This document shows positions 13,130-25,269 of a DNA stretch of 64,000 nucleotides, one piece after another. The stretch comes from Lama glama (Eukaryota), in contig CM052818.1 of NCBI GenBank assembly GCA_028534125.1, positions 47,370,001-47,434,000 of the forward strand. The letters run 5' to 3'. The translations under genes were made by a program, and so were the position numbers. Every line of letters begins with the position of its first letter. Position 1 is the first letter of the stretch. Below the pieces are notes generated by a model. That model searched no databases and was not told the origin of the DNA. It saw only the letters and a list, made by a program, of their open reading frames with translations.

Positions 13130-13700
13130 TGCTTAATGTAGAAAATTTGAAAAATGTAATCAGAGTCCCCAAGTCACCCTTAATCTATTACTTAGTGACA
13201 GCCACTTTTAACATTCTGTTATAGTTTCTTCCTCTGATGATTTTCCTAGATAATTAGTCATTAATTAGGTAGCTAGATAGATAGATACATAGATATATGC
13301 GTGCATACATACGTACGTACATACATACATACACACACCAAAATATGTTGTGCAATTCTTCTTTTAGAAATTTAGGGGGTAATTTGCTTCCACAAATCAC
13401 AATTCTTAGATCACATTTGTGATTCTTTCTTCAGGACCTAGGAATGTTAGCTAAGAATGTAGAATTTATGGTTCTACATTCCGATGTCAAACTGATTTCT
13501 AGGAACAAATTAATAGCAGTTCAGAGCAGTGTGTGAGCACATCTGCCTCATTATGGCCGAAGAGGCAATTATATAGTAAGTTCTATGATCTTTGCTGATG
13601 TTTTAAGGACAGCATGAATCTTACTGTTTGACATTGCTGACAAGCTCAGTTTTCAGTTTTGATTATTTTGGTCATTCTTTTCGATATTCGCTTTTCTTTG
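13130..13700 (-). mobile_element. Old L1M fragment with a (TAGA)/(CATA) microsatellite at about 13273-13332
   Basis: gtagaaaatttgaaaaat...gtgacagccacttttaacattctgttatagtttcttcc resembles antisense L1MC/ME 3' UTR. Confidence 0.5.
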
Positions 13701-14781
13701 AATTATTTGTAGTTTCTATTCATTAGAGGTTTAGATTCTTTTATATTCAGAATTAGAGAGATCTTTTCTCATTTTATGGCAAAACAATCTATACTTTTTT
13801 TTCTGTAGATCTGCATATAATTTCTTCCATCCCACGGTCAGAGATGAAAGCACTAACTTTCCCCTTCATGGTCGCCCCTGGAACCAGTGCTAAACCCCGC
13901 GATTCAGGGCAGACGTTGGTAAAGTAAGAAAGTCCTCCAAGTCCCAGTCTGCACATAAAAATTAATTACAGTCAAAGCTTTTATCATTTTGACCTGTCAT
14001 TTCATGCCTGCTTCCTCTCCCTTTCTCTCTGAAGACCAAATTCAGAGTTTTCACTTATCTACAAAATCCTGTGAGTGAATTTTAGCTTACTGATGAGTTC
14101 TTGCTGTTACGTCCTACAGAAGCTTCAAAGATACTGTGTACAAAGGAGACTCCTTTGTTCTTCCCTTTTAGATACGGTGGTTAATTTTTAGGGGGAAAAG
14201 CAGATTTTTTAGGTAAACTTAGTAATTTAAATACTTTAAGCAGTTTTTGAGATTTATGTCGCATGCCTCCACTGGCTTGGACAGTGAAACGTTCTTTAGA
14301 ATCATGCTGTGTCTTTTGGGGATTCTTAGCAGGATAAAATGTAACGTGTACGGTGACTCCTGATCAATTAGTAAGGATTCCTTGGATTAATGACTCAAAT
14401 ACCCCTTCCTCTTTCCCATCTATCCAGATCCTAACCGTTTTCTAAGCTCAGGCCAGGCTCCCTACCTGCCCTGACCAAGCTGCACAGAAATGGCTTGCTC
14501 TCCTCTGAAGTTTTATCTTCCTGTTAAATCTCCCTTGGCACAAAGCAAAACCCAGCCAAATGCCATTAAACTTTCCATGTGTTTGCATTTCATCTTTTCA
14601 ACTAGCTTCATTAAGTGTGCATCCATTCAATTCAATTTATTCAGTGATTTATCAAGCTCCTCCTATGTAAGACTTTGCAAATTTATTTAAATTCATAAAT
14701 TCATAAATACACATATTTGGAATATGATTTTATTCCCGTGAAAGAGGTGAGAGGGGAAGAACGCATAGAGTTTAGACTACA

Positions 14782-15620
14782 AAGTCGTGTGTTTGAGCTG
14801 ACTCACACCTGCCTGCAGGAATCTATTGCTGAATTTTCAGGAGTTTTGTAAGTTGGCTGTTAAATGTGTCCATTATTAAAAATCAAATGTTCTGCTATTT
14901 ATCTTTTTCCAAATTTGCATTCAGTGATGTCATGTTGGGACCTTGATATTGGCTGTGGTTGGAGAATTTATACCACAAAAATTGGCGAACACTATAAATC
15001 AAAGTTTGATTTATGGCTTTGTTGACTAACTGGGCTTAAGAAAGTGATGGAGAAAATTGCGTGATGCAATTAAATTTAGAAGTGTGTTGTGCAGGTCGTC
15101 ACCGCTTTGTGAATAACACAAAAGAACTGAAGAGATATTCTTCAGTATTTCAACACAGTTATCTGGTTAGACAAAGAAATCACTCGCACCACTGAACGAG
15201 TGAAATTCTGACATCCACAGTGAAGAAGCTGAAAGAGGTTTCAGTTTCACTAACACAGTCTGTGTAAGAGTGAGAAATAGTTCAACAGTAGATCAGGTAT
15301 CAGACTGAACGCTAATAAATTTTCTGGGAAAAGAGCTATCAGAAAAGGGATGCAATTCAATTTTCAGGCCATGGTTGAACTGAAACCACAGATTGGTCAC
15401 AGAGAGAAGAATTGGCAAAAATCAATGAAAGCATTCTGTAAGAATCAATTGTTTCTGTAGAGTCTATAATAAAGAGTATTGCATATTTTGTTACGATTTG
15501 TAAATGAAGTGCTACTTGTCCTTTATGTGAGAAAAAGTATAATGAAATTATACATAATGTGTATATATGTATCAACATTATTATTTTTTCAGTGAGCCCC
15601 TTTAGCATTTCTGTGCACGT
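14782..15620 (+). mobile_element. MER63 (C/D-like) hAT-Blackjack DNA transposon fossil
   Basis: gaattttcaggagttttgtaagttggctgttaaatgtgtccattattaaaaat; ttcagtgatgtcatgttgg; cttaagaaagtgatggagaaaat; tgtgaataacacaaaa match remembered MER63 consensus blocks. Confidence 0.8.
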
Positions 15621-15858
15621 GGTTGCATGTATTCATTGTGAGAGGCAACCACAGTGAATTTTGAACCGGGGAACAGGGAGCTCTGGCTACAGTCCTGGCA
15701 TCATCTCCATAACCCCTCTGGAGGTACATTTTTCCTAGCGCTGCATGAAATATATGTAGTTTTTTTCTTTTGGGCGCTCCATTCAGAATGAGCTCATATC
15801 TGTTTTGCCTGTAAAATACCTAAACATGCTTTCTTTTCCTTCTAAACATGAAAAGCAT

Positions 15859-16053
15859 GGGGAGGGTATAGCTCAAATGGTAGAGCACATGCTTAGCATG
15901 CACGAGGTCCTGGGCTCGATCCCCAGTATATCCTCTAAAAATAAATAAACCTAATTACCTCCCCCAACACGCCAACATAAAATAGTTAAACAATACAATA
16001 ATGGAAATAAATAAAATATTACAAATAAATAAGTTAATTTTTAAAAAAAGAAA
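15859..16053 (+). mobile_element. tRNA-Ala(AGC)-derived SINE, camelid Vic-1-like
   Basis: GGGGAGGGTATAGCTCAAATGGTAGAGCACATGCTTAGCATGCACGAGGTCCTGGGCTCGATCCCCAG head with A/B boxes, A-rich tail, and TSD CTAAACATGAAAAGC at 15842-15856 and 16054-16068. Confidence 0.92.
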
Positions 16054-17035
16054 CTAAACATGAAAAGCCTACAAATCAGATCTTCTTCTTAAAAAAGGAG
16101 CCTGGAAAGAAGACTTAAGCTTCACAGTTTTCACGGGGAGCCCCAGACAGCATCTTCTGATCGGCCCCACTGCAGACATTTCTCCAGCTCAGGGAGTCTC
16201 GTACCCGCCGTGCTCTCTCAGCAGCCCCCCTCCCCACTGGCCACCCTATAGGGTGGAGCCTCATTCCACCACAAGAGATATCTAAGGAAAAACAATTCAC
16301 ATTTTGTAAATAAACAGACAAAACCCTTCAGGACTCATGATAGCTACCTCTCACTCTCATACCCCCTTCAAGCTGCCCGTTCGCTGCTTCCTTTGTCTTG
16401 AGGGAAATGGCTCTCCTCACTTGAAGCTCTTTGCCTGTGTTGGGGGCATTTAAGCTTGGCTTCCCTGGGTCAAATCACGGAGAGAGGAAGGCCTGCTGGA
16501 GCTGAGCTTCTGTGATGTTCTTTGTCACCCTACATGCTCTCACCCTGAAACACAGCACCCCGAGGTGGTGATAGTTGAGGAAATCTTATCTGAAATACCA
16601 TCAGTAAAATGCCTGGTTCAGGCTCCCCTCCCTTTCCCTACTCTTAATATCTGAGCCTTAATTTTCTCCTATAAACCTGAAAAGATACCCATTTTTGATT
16701 CCTAAAGGATTTTCCACAGAGGATAAAATAATTTGACTTAATGAATAAAGAATGTCTGCTGAAATTCACTTATCTGCATTCAGTATGCTTAAACACCAGG
16801 AAAGATCAAGGAATTTCATTTTTTGGCTACGTATGTGCAGATGAGATAATCAGACTTTAATTAAAAAAAAATAAAACACCGTTATTAGCTAATCAGTTCA
16901 GCCCAGTGACTACTGGTCTGTTACGGCCGGACAAAAATAATGAAGTGACACCTAAAGGTACGGGAAGAAGGTTAGTCAGAAATTGATGTGCCTACATGAG
17001 GCTCCAAATGGCCGACGTCTAATGGTCCTCTCCAC

Positions 17036-17049
17036 GTTGCCATGGCAAC
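17036..17049. promoter_or_regulatory. RFX X-box (perfect palindrome)
   Basis: GTTGCCATGGCAAC. Confidence 0.7.
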
Positions 17050-18747
17050 TCACTTTGGTAACTCACATCTCCTCGGTGTAGATAAACAAGGGGCAGAGTG
17101 TTCCGAGGAAGGTGCAACCCCCTTTAAGCAGATCTATAAGCATCGCAGATGAACAGAACTTTCAACATTCCGCCATGAATATTCATGAAGCAAGTTGTTT
17201 TTTGTTGCCTGCCTAGTCAGCAGTCACAAAACACATGGTGTGTGTTGGCAGCATCTTGCCTAGGTAGAGGGGCTATGGACTGAGGCAATGGCAGGAACCA
17301 GGACCTGTGAGGCTGACTGACATTTCCATCTGTAGCGAAGGCTGGTAATTAACAGGAAGGAGCATGCCTGCAGCACTGCGCCATCTGCTAGGGAAACGGC
17401 TCAATAAGAAAGGAGCTGGATAGCATCTCAGCGGTGGCGCGATCTGGTTCCGACATGAGGCCGGGCATCTGTTAGCTGAGGAGATAGACTATTAGGGAAT
17501 TCGACTGGGAATGAACAACATGGAGAGAGCACTCTGACCTAGCCCATAAAAGCAACTCTTCAGAAATGGTGTCTTTTTATCTTACTTACCCAAGTCTTCT
17601 GAAAATGGTTTGCCGAGGGACCATTACAGATCTGTTTGAAGTAACACAATGGTTTCAAAAATGCTGTTTTATTCCAACACGAAATTCGTGAAATCAGGAT
17701 ACAGCTGTCATCTTTTAACAATAGAGCTAATTTCAGAGCGAGGATATGAGGTTAAATTCCTCCTTTTGTTGTTTGGATTGGGGAGCAGGGAGGGTGGGGG
17801 GACACAATGATCATTTAAACACCACGCTATTCAAAATTGAGAAGACAAAATCTCCCTGGGATGCCCTGGCAGAAAGTGAGCAGGTCAGAAATCACCCCAA
17901 AATTCTTGCAATATCTTCGTGTTTCTATTTTGGTTTTTCTGCCCTTTGCCTGTTTCCCAATGCAAATCTTCCTCATGGGGAAACCAAACTTCCAGACTTG
18001 GGGCACAGCCATACTTTGCTAGTCTCAGGACCTCGGTTGAAGAGAATATTAGCGTTTTGGGTACCAAACCTTCCAACGGGAGTCAAATTTATAATAGAGT
18101 TGGTGTGTACGTAGGACTGGATGAACAGGGAGACTCTCTAACACTTCCCTCCCCCCTGTTTTTGGAGATGCTTCTTCTTGACTTCTGCAGTGGGGCTCAT
18201 CTTTGAGTGGGAGCCGGCAGACGGAAAGCTCGCTCTTTCCATCAGTTTAGAGGCTAGTGCCGCTTTGAAGAATGTAGATGTTACCAATTTTTCAACAATT
18301 AGGGAGAAACAGTTGCCTCAAACCATCTCAGTCAGGTTGGAGGTTCGTATCCATGAACACTGTTATACTGACTAAGACTTCTGACTCGTTCACAAAGTCC
18401 AGCAGATGGCAGATGGCTTGAATATATATATACACACATATGTGTTACTGTTACTAAATCAGAGCCATTGAATGATATTTACTGAGACCTCATGGTACCA
18501 TATGGAATCGAAGAATATATAGACCTTGGAATTTAAATTCATCCGAGAAAGGTGGACACAGGCTTGAGCGTTAGAGCATTTTTTTCCTGCCTCTCTCTTA
18601 TGAATACTGATTATTGTGCCCATCCAAGGGAATGCTGGTGTCTGAAAAGTCTAGTGCAAAACAAATAGAAAAATCTCATCATTACAAGGGTTGAGAAAAA
18701 TAAAAGCTACATTAACTGTGAAAAAAAAAACCACAACACATTATATC

Positions 18748-18944
18748 CAGTTGTGCGCCAGTGAAAGTTTTACAGCTATCTCTCAGGTGAGAGTAAAGAA
18801 GTCCTGATTTGTAGTTTTTGCCAAATTGTGTGGGGTAAATACTCTCACCTTGACTGATTTCAAACTAGCCGCATGAAGACCTGAGAACAGATACGCACCG
18901 TCAGCTCTTAGAAGCCAGTGGGGACCAGTTGCAACACACCACTG
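18748..18944 (-). mobile_element. MER63A-like hAT-Blackjack MITE
   Basis: Minus strand reads cagtggtgtgttgcaactgg...agtttgaaatcagtcaaggtgagagtatttaccccacacaatttggcaaaaactacaaatcagg...ctggcgcacaactg, with degenerate terminal inverted repeats. Confidence 0.8.
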
Positions 18945-20624
18945 CTTGTACCCCTGTATGACTGATGCGTGAAGCATGGAGAACACCGGTTTTGATAAGT
19001 TGGTGGAAGTGGACCACTTTATTCAATGCAGTCGCTCTTTTCACATACTGAGAGCGTAATAACTTACATCTGTACAGCGCATTGTAGCGTAGAAAGCCCA
19101 TTCATACTCATTAATTCACTTGACCTTCACAGCCCCGCTATTTGAGCAGGAATTGAGGCTGAGCGGCAGGCCAAGGGCTGTACCATTGAGTGAGTGGGAG
19201 ATGTGAACTGAGTTTCAGTCTGAGAGTCTGCCCCCAGGTAGCTGCCTGCTTATCCCCGCACGGGGGGCTCACCAGCCACTGGGCAGCACATTCCTTTGTT
19301 TCTCCATTTCTGTTTTGTGTTGTGTTACTTTGCTGCTTTCTGGCCCCTGTGACCTCATCTCAACTGCAGCATTTGAAGCTGTGTTAGCATGTTCAGAGCA
19401 GAGCTCTGACATGCATTCAGTATTTCTCCTGGCCAGGCGAGAGCCTCAGGTTGTAGCTCTTACTTCTCTCACTTGTCCAGTCCATCGGCCTTGGGTTGCA
19501 CTGAAAATCATCACTTCCAGAAGCTGGTTATTAGTCTGTATTCCAGGAGCTCACTCAGTATTCCTTATGGCTCATAGGCTGCACCAACAAAATAACTTAT
19601 AGAGACGTTAAAAAGAAATCTGGAGTATTGGAAAGTGCTGGGCCATGTAGGAACCCAGATGGTCTCACAGAACTGCAGGTTTAAGAGACAAACCTCAAGA
19701 CTAGAACCCTCAGTTATTCAATCATTTAACAGAGCAGCCAGCATCACTGAATGGAGTCGTGCGTGGCAGGCATTTTGCTGCATATAGTGGATGCAGAGAT
19801 TCACGAAACTGTCTCTGCTCTCAAGGATCTCACCCTAAATACGGTTCTTCTAAAGGAAATAGTTCTGGCTTTGAGGTCTGCAAATTCTCCAAGCAGTTCT
19901 ACTGCTTAAAGGCACATAATAAATCAATCAGACCGTTGCTTCTCTGGGGAGGGCAACTTACAGTCAGAAAGTGTGTGTCTCAAATTCAACACGGAGAAGA
20001 GCCACTCAATTTGAAAGAACTACATCACCATACAGAATATCTGGTGAGACGGGAGAATCGAGGTAAGAGCCTTATCAAAGCCAGGGCTGTCGGACAGCTG
20101 AAACCAATTACCCCATAGGCTCCCCCGAACCCCGTGTATGAAGACAACTCTGATCCAATAAGACACAAATCTCAACCATCTTGATGGCTGTACTGATGGC
20201 TTGTGCTGACCACTCAGACTCTCCCACATTTTCACGCTTATCGCTTCAGCCTCCTGGCAACCATCCCAGGGCTGATCTGGGAGGTGGGGAGCAGCGTTCA
20301 CTTAGATGGTGATGGAAATTGCAGCTCCCCGAGCTCCACACACAATCTGCAGAGGCCCGGGGTCTATGGTGCACAGAATGGACCCAGACCAGCGTTAAAT
20401 GTAATCACGCCAAACGGGGATGTATTTGCAATGCTAACTCAGCAAACGCAGTGCTCTGAGCTACCTGTCAACTCAACTACTGACGTCAGAAGTGCTTTCT
20501 TCTCCTCAGGGCTGGAGATGGAAGTCTTCATGGTTTTCTTCTCTTCGTGTCTCTCTCACGCCATAGCTGTGGGTGGAAAACCAGCCTTGGTGTTAGGATA
20601 TACATGTCACTTTTCCCTGGGACA

Positions 20625-20950
20625 TGAGTCATTTATTAATTCATCCAAAACTGACCTACGTCCTACCGCATGGCAACCTGTTGTAGACATGTGAGCTCTA
20701 GCAGACACAGAGCAAAGCCTTCACACACACACGCGCGCACACGCTCCACATCAGGTGATGGTAAACGTTGTCAAAAACAACAAAGCAGACATCAAGGGGA
20801 AGGTGTGGCTGAGATGGATTGCAGCTACTGTAGACAGAATGGTCAGGGACGGCCTCTCCAACTAGGGTCATTTGATCAGAGACCTAGATGAGAGATTGGG
20901 AGTCAGCTATGGAAAATTAGGAGGGGGAGGGGTGACCCAGGTGGAAGGAT
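20625..20950 (-). mobile_element. L2 LINE 3' fragment
   Basis: tcatttattaattcatccaaaa...caggtgatggtaaacg...ggtcagggacggcctctc...catttgatcagagaccta, antisense L2. Confidence 0.75.
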
Positions 20951-21329
20951 TTAAAACGCTTATGCTCTGGATAGACTTCAGTGGATTATTGTGAAGATAC
21001 AGAACCATATCTAAAATTGTTTCTCAATATAGAGATGACAGCTGGTGAATTTCTGCCTGGATATATTCCGAAACTATCAAACACAGGGCAAATGGCACAA
21101 AGGCTCAGAGACATCACCGCAAAGCCACTTTAAGGAAACTGATGCTCTCGGGGAACTTGGCGTCTCACCTTTTGTGTCTTTAGTCCCTGTTCTGCCCCCC
21201 AGTCTTTGGAGAGCAGGACTCCTGTCTTCCCCTTGGGTCTCCCCTGTCCTCCTGTACAGCGTCTGCTGGGCACCAGTGTGGCTCCTCTTTACTGCATGAC
21301 GTTTACCATGCGCAGCATTTTTTCTTCAT

Positions 21330-21860
21330 TAAAATTTCTTCCATTACTTTTTTATTACGTGAGTAATATGTGTTCATTTTAGAATAAGTTCAAAACTTAA
21401 ATGACGATCAGAACATAAAACCACCTCATGTCTTATTAAAAAAAACGGCTATTAATATGTCAATTATTTGCCATATTTCCTGAATATTTCTATACGTCGT
21501 ATTTCAACTACCTGGACGAGATCACACTTTGCATACAATTTAGAAATTTGTTTGAATTTCTTAACCAAATATTCTTAAATGTGTCTTTATAGGGAAAACT
21601 ATATTCTCCAGCACCACCGTTAACATCTGCATAGCGTTCTACTATACAGTTGATCAGAATTTATTCAACTAGGCTTTTATTACTAAGCATTTTGGTTATT
21701 TAGACATTTTTCTTGTTACGATCAATGTTGTGTTGAACATAAGTTTGGCTAAGTCAGATGGAGGCCAGCCACACATTTGTATGAATATTCTTAAAAGTAA
21801 ATTTGATCGGTCGAAAGATTTTGACCTAGTCATGTCCCCCAGGAAAAGCTGTGTTGTCCG
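21330..21860 (-). mobile_element. Old L1ME-type fragment
   Basis: taacatctgcatagcgttctactatac...aatttattcaac...gcatttttggttattt...aatgttgtgttgaacat, antisense L1 3' region. Confidence 0.6.
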
Positions 21861-24229
21861 TGAAGCTGTTGATCCAACAGACGCGTGTTAGGGGGACAAT
21901 GTGCTCCGCTGCTCCCACGGTGGACAGTGAGAGGATGTACCATCAAGGGCTATTCGCTTAATTTCTCAGCCTTATCTACTTACACGGGGCTGCACTGTCG
22001 CACTGCCCCACACACTCCTAGTGAATGTACACACAGCGGCTCCCCAAGACACCAGGAAGGTGAAGCATTACGTTGAGCTCTTTTTATATCCATTGTTTTC
22101 ATGACTGAAATACTGCAGTGGTGGAGGCTGTCAATGAATCCACTTGTTTACCAGCTGGGGGTCGTTGTGTCCAGCCCGCTTTCCCTTCATCAACAATGTG
22201 GGGACAAAGTACCGTGTAGGGTGGCTTTTAAACACCCAGTCTTCAAGATCGAGCAATGGGACGTCTGTAAATGGATGTTTTCCCTGTCCATCCCTAAAGC
22301 AGATAAATTCTCCCTGCACCTCCTTCTGAAAGAGACGTTTCTTAGGATCTGATACGTGGTGGTGCCTCCTTGGGGCCGGAAGCTGAATACCATTTTGATT
22401 TGCGATGTGGCTGGTGCCCCAGCTCCCGCTTGCGACTAGGTTCCGCACGTCTGTGGAAGTGAGGTCAGCCGTCAAGCACGCAGCCAGGAATTCTGGAGCG
22501 GGGTGCGATTGTGCTGGATGGTGAGGATGAGTCATCCCACATAAAAATTGCTTCTTGCCCAGATCACAGTATAGCCTCCCACAAGCACGAAATCCAGAGC
22601 ATTCCTCAGAAATATCTCCTCCCGAGGCAGCGATAACCCGTGAGTGACTGTACTTTGGAAAGAACAGGCACGTTTACCCCGCCGGCCACACAGCGCGTGG
22701 GGAGTAAGAAAAGCTCCCCTGTCTGCTGGTGGTCAGCCAAACCCCCCACAGGGAGCAGTAATGAGACAGCCGCTCGTGTCTCTGAGAATACAACCAAATT
22801 ACACCTTTGGAGGTCAGTGGATTATAAAGCCCCGACGCCTGGCTCCCAGTGCTGGCGATACCCACCCTCCTCCTGCCCAGCCTTTCTGGGGCTTTAGACA
22901 AAGTCAGCAAGGTTAGGGTACAGTGGGGCATTTTCAGAAGAGCGGAGAACTGTCTCAGCACTGGACAGTCCTGAAGCAAAATGTGGCAAGATCTCCATGG
23001 GTTTCTAGGACTGGATTTCTGGTCGGCAGCACAAAATGTCACTTTCGGCGATGTTTGCTGCAGACCGACACAGAGAGCTTCATCTACAGCTGGTGGCCTG
23101 GGCAAACCTGCTCCCCTGCCCCCGACTCTTCCTCCCTCTTTCTCTCCGATCTACTTTTCTGCCAGTAGGCTTCCTTCAGCTTTCAGTCAAGGGCAGTATG
23201 TCCTCAGTCACTGTTTTTATTTTTTATTTATTTTTTATTTTTTTATGCAACACTGTCCTTTAAAGCTGTTTGCAGCTGGTTGGCAACTGAATGGCTGCCA
23301 ACATCCTCTGAGAGCTTCCCCCGTTGTGTGCACATCGGTCGCCTTCCCAGAGCTCTCCAAGTACCCTGGAGGCAGCTTGACTTGGAGTGTGTCTGAGTCT
23401 GCTCACCAGGCTGCGGCGCACTCAAGGTTCGCAGCTTCCAGGGGCCCCGCCATCGAGGCGCGAGGAGGAACACGGGGAGGCCGGCAAGCACGAGGGATGC
23501 AGTTGTGAAACAGGGAGCGTGTTGTATGAGAAAAACACAGAGATCTGATATTTCATTTCAGGAATGGTAAGCATGTCATTAAAGTGACAGAAGGGCATTC
23601 TGGTGGCGGGGAGAACCGGGCAGGGACTTCAGACACTTCTGAGTTCTTGGCACTGCACTTAATCATTCTCGGTTCTTAAACAGTCAGTGGACTTACCGTG
23701 TGGCCATTAAAAAAAAAATAAAAGGAAGACGTTCGGCTAGCTCTCTCCACTAGCACCTTCTACCCTAATATTCCAAAAGTTTCTTCCTCCTGCAGAGGAG
23801 TTATGGTGACAGTATGAAGATCCCACGAAGCGGCTGCTGGCCAAAGTGTTTTGGGCGGACAGATCCCTAAATGATGAGTGTTTAACTTGTGTGCCTGGGA
23901 AGTGCTTCTTGGGGTACTTTAAATTTGAAGCACTCTTAAAATCCTCTTTTTCTACTCAAATTTTGAGCAAAAGCTCCTCTGGGAAATCAGTGCAGATATG
24001 AGCCAGTCCCCATGCACCTGTGCATTCTATCTGTGAAATGATTACACTCCAGGAGGGCCCATGCATCTCCCAACTGTGTGCTTTGTAAGTGAATATTTCC
24101 ACGTCCAGCAGTCACACTGGGCTCCAGTACTGCATTCTGCACAGCAGTCTGTGTCTGCATCACCGTCTGGACATGTGGAGAGGAGGGAGGCACACCAGGA
24201 TGAGCGACTTGCAACACACCCAGGGTCCC

Positions 24230-24430
24230 TCACATGGTTAGACTCTCAGCTGTACATCTACCCATTTTGTGATCTTGGAAAGTTATACCCTAAGCCTCAC
24301 TAAACATTCAGTGAAGCAGAAACATGTTGTTTTCTATCCCAAAGACTTGCTGTAGAGATTGAGTAACATGCTTTCTATCTTTACTAGGATGTTTCAGAGA
24401 TGTGTCGTACTTCATGTGGTCAATAACCTA
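24230..24430 (+). mobile_element. MIR SINE
   Basis: ttgtgatcttggaaagttataccctaagcctca...ttgctgtagagattgagtaa. Confidence 0.6.
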
Positions 24431-24449
24431 TGCCCCCAACACACATGAT

Positions 24450-25250
24450 CCTACCCACCCCAATGCATATTGCTCCCAGTCCCAATGTTTGATAATTCTC
24501 CATCTCAGTAAATAGCATAAACATCCAATTGGCTAAGTGAAACTCTAAGATAAATCAACTCCTGTTTTCCCAAATCCAATCTATCAGTAAGGTGTGATCC
24601 ATCCATTTCTCCCTTTCTTCCCTTTCACCACCTCTGTCCAAGGCTCCGTCATATCTCACTCAGATTCGTGCTGGTCTCTCTGCTTCCATATTTGCCCTTC
24701 CAACATCCATCCTCCATACTGTACACAAACTGATATCTTTAAACCCCAAATTATATTTGCCACACACCTCCCATTTCAAACCTTCGAAAAGCTTCCTATT
24801 ATAGTAACTTGTGAATTCCTGATCGTGGCTGAAAGAGTCTACATAGACTGTCTGTCTCTCTGCCCTCTGTACTGTTCACTCTGTGGTTTGTCCTGGATTC
24901 CAGCCAGTCTGGTGCGTTGGCTTCCCTCATACACACCAAGCTCAGATGGCCCCATTGCTGGGTTTCTGCACTTGCTCTTCCCTTAATTTCCTCTCTCTGT
25001 CCTCAGACCTTTACGTAGCTGACTCCTTTGTGTCGTTCTGGTCACAGCTGAAATGTCACCGCTTCAGTCCCTCACTAGCTAGTGAATTACTATGCTTTAT
25101 GTTAAGAGAAGTTATCACTATCTGAAAATCTTATTCATTTCTTTCTTTCTTTCTTTTTCCATCTCTCATTCAAAATATAAGTTTCACTAGAATAGAAGTC
25201 TAAGCCACTCCAGTGTTCTGGGTTTCTACTTGTAGAAGTAGAGCTAGCTT
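24450..25250 (+). mobile_element. L2 LINE 3' region
   Basis: ttctccatctcagtaaatagca...atccaatctatcagtaag...ggtctctctgcttcca...tgcacttgctcttccct...ggtcacagctgaaatgtcacc. Confidence 0.85.
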
Positions 25251-25269
25251 AAAAAATATTGTTATTATG

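Noticed and set aside
15859..15935. tRNA-Ala(AGC) gene
   Set aside because: The A-rich tail, 15-bp TSD and altered T-loop (GGCTCGA) show it is a SINE head
22955..22968. REST/RE1 site (TCAGCACTGGACAG)
   Set aside because: The half-sites lack the canonical 2-bp spacer
23562..23566. 5-nt microexon (tttcag|GAATG|gtaagc)
   Set aside because: Not frame-preserving, short pyrimidine tract, no other support
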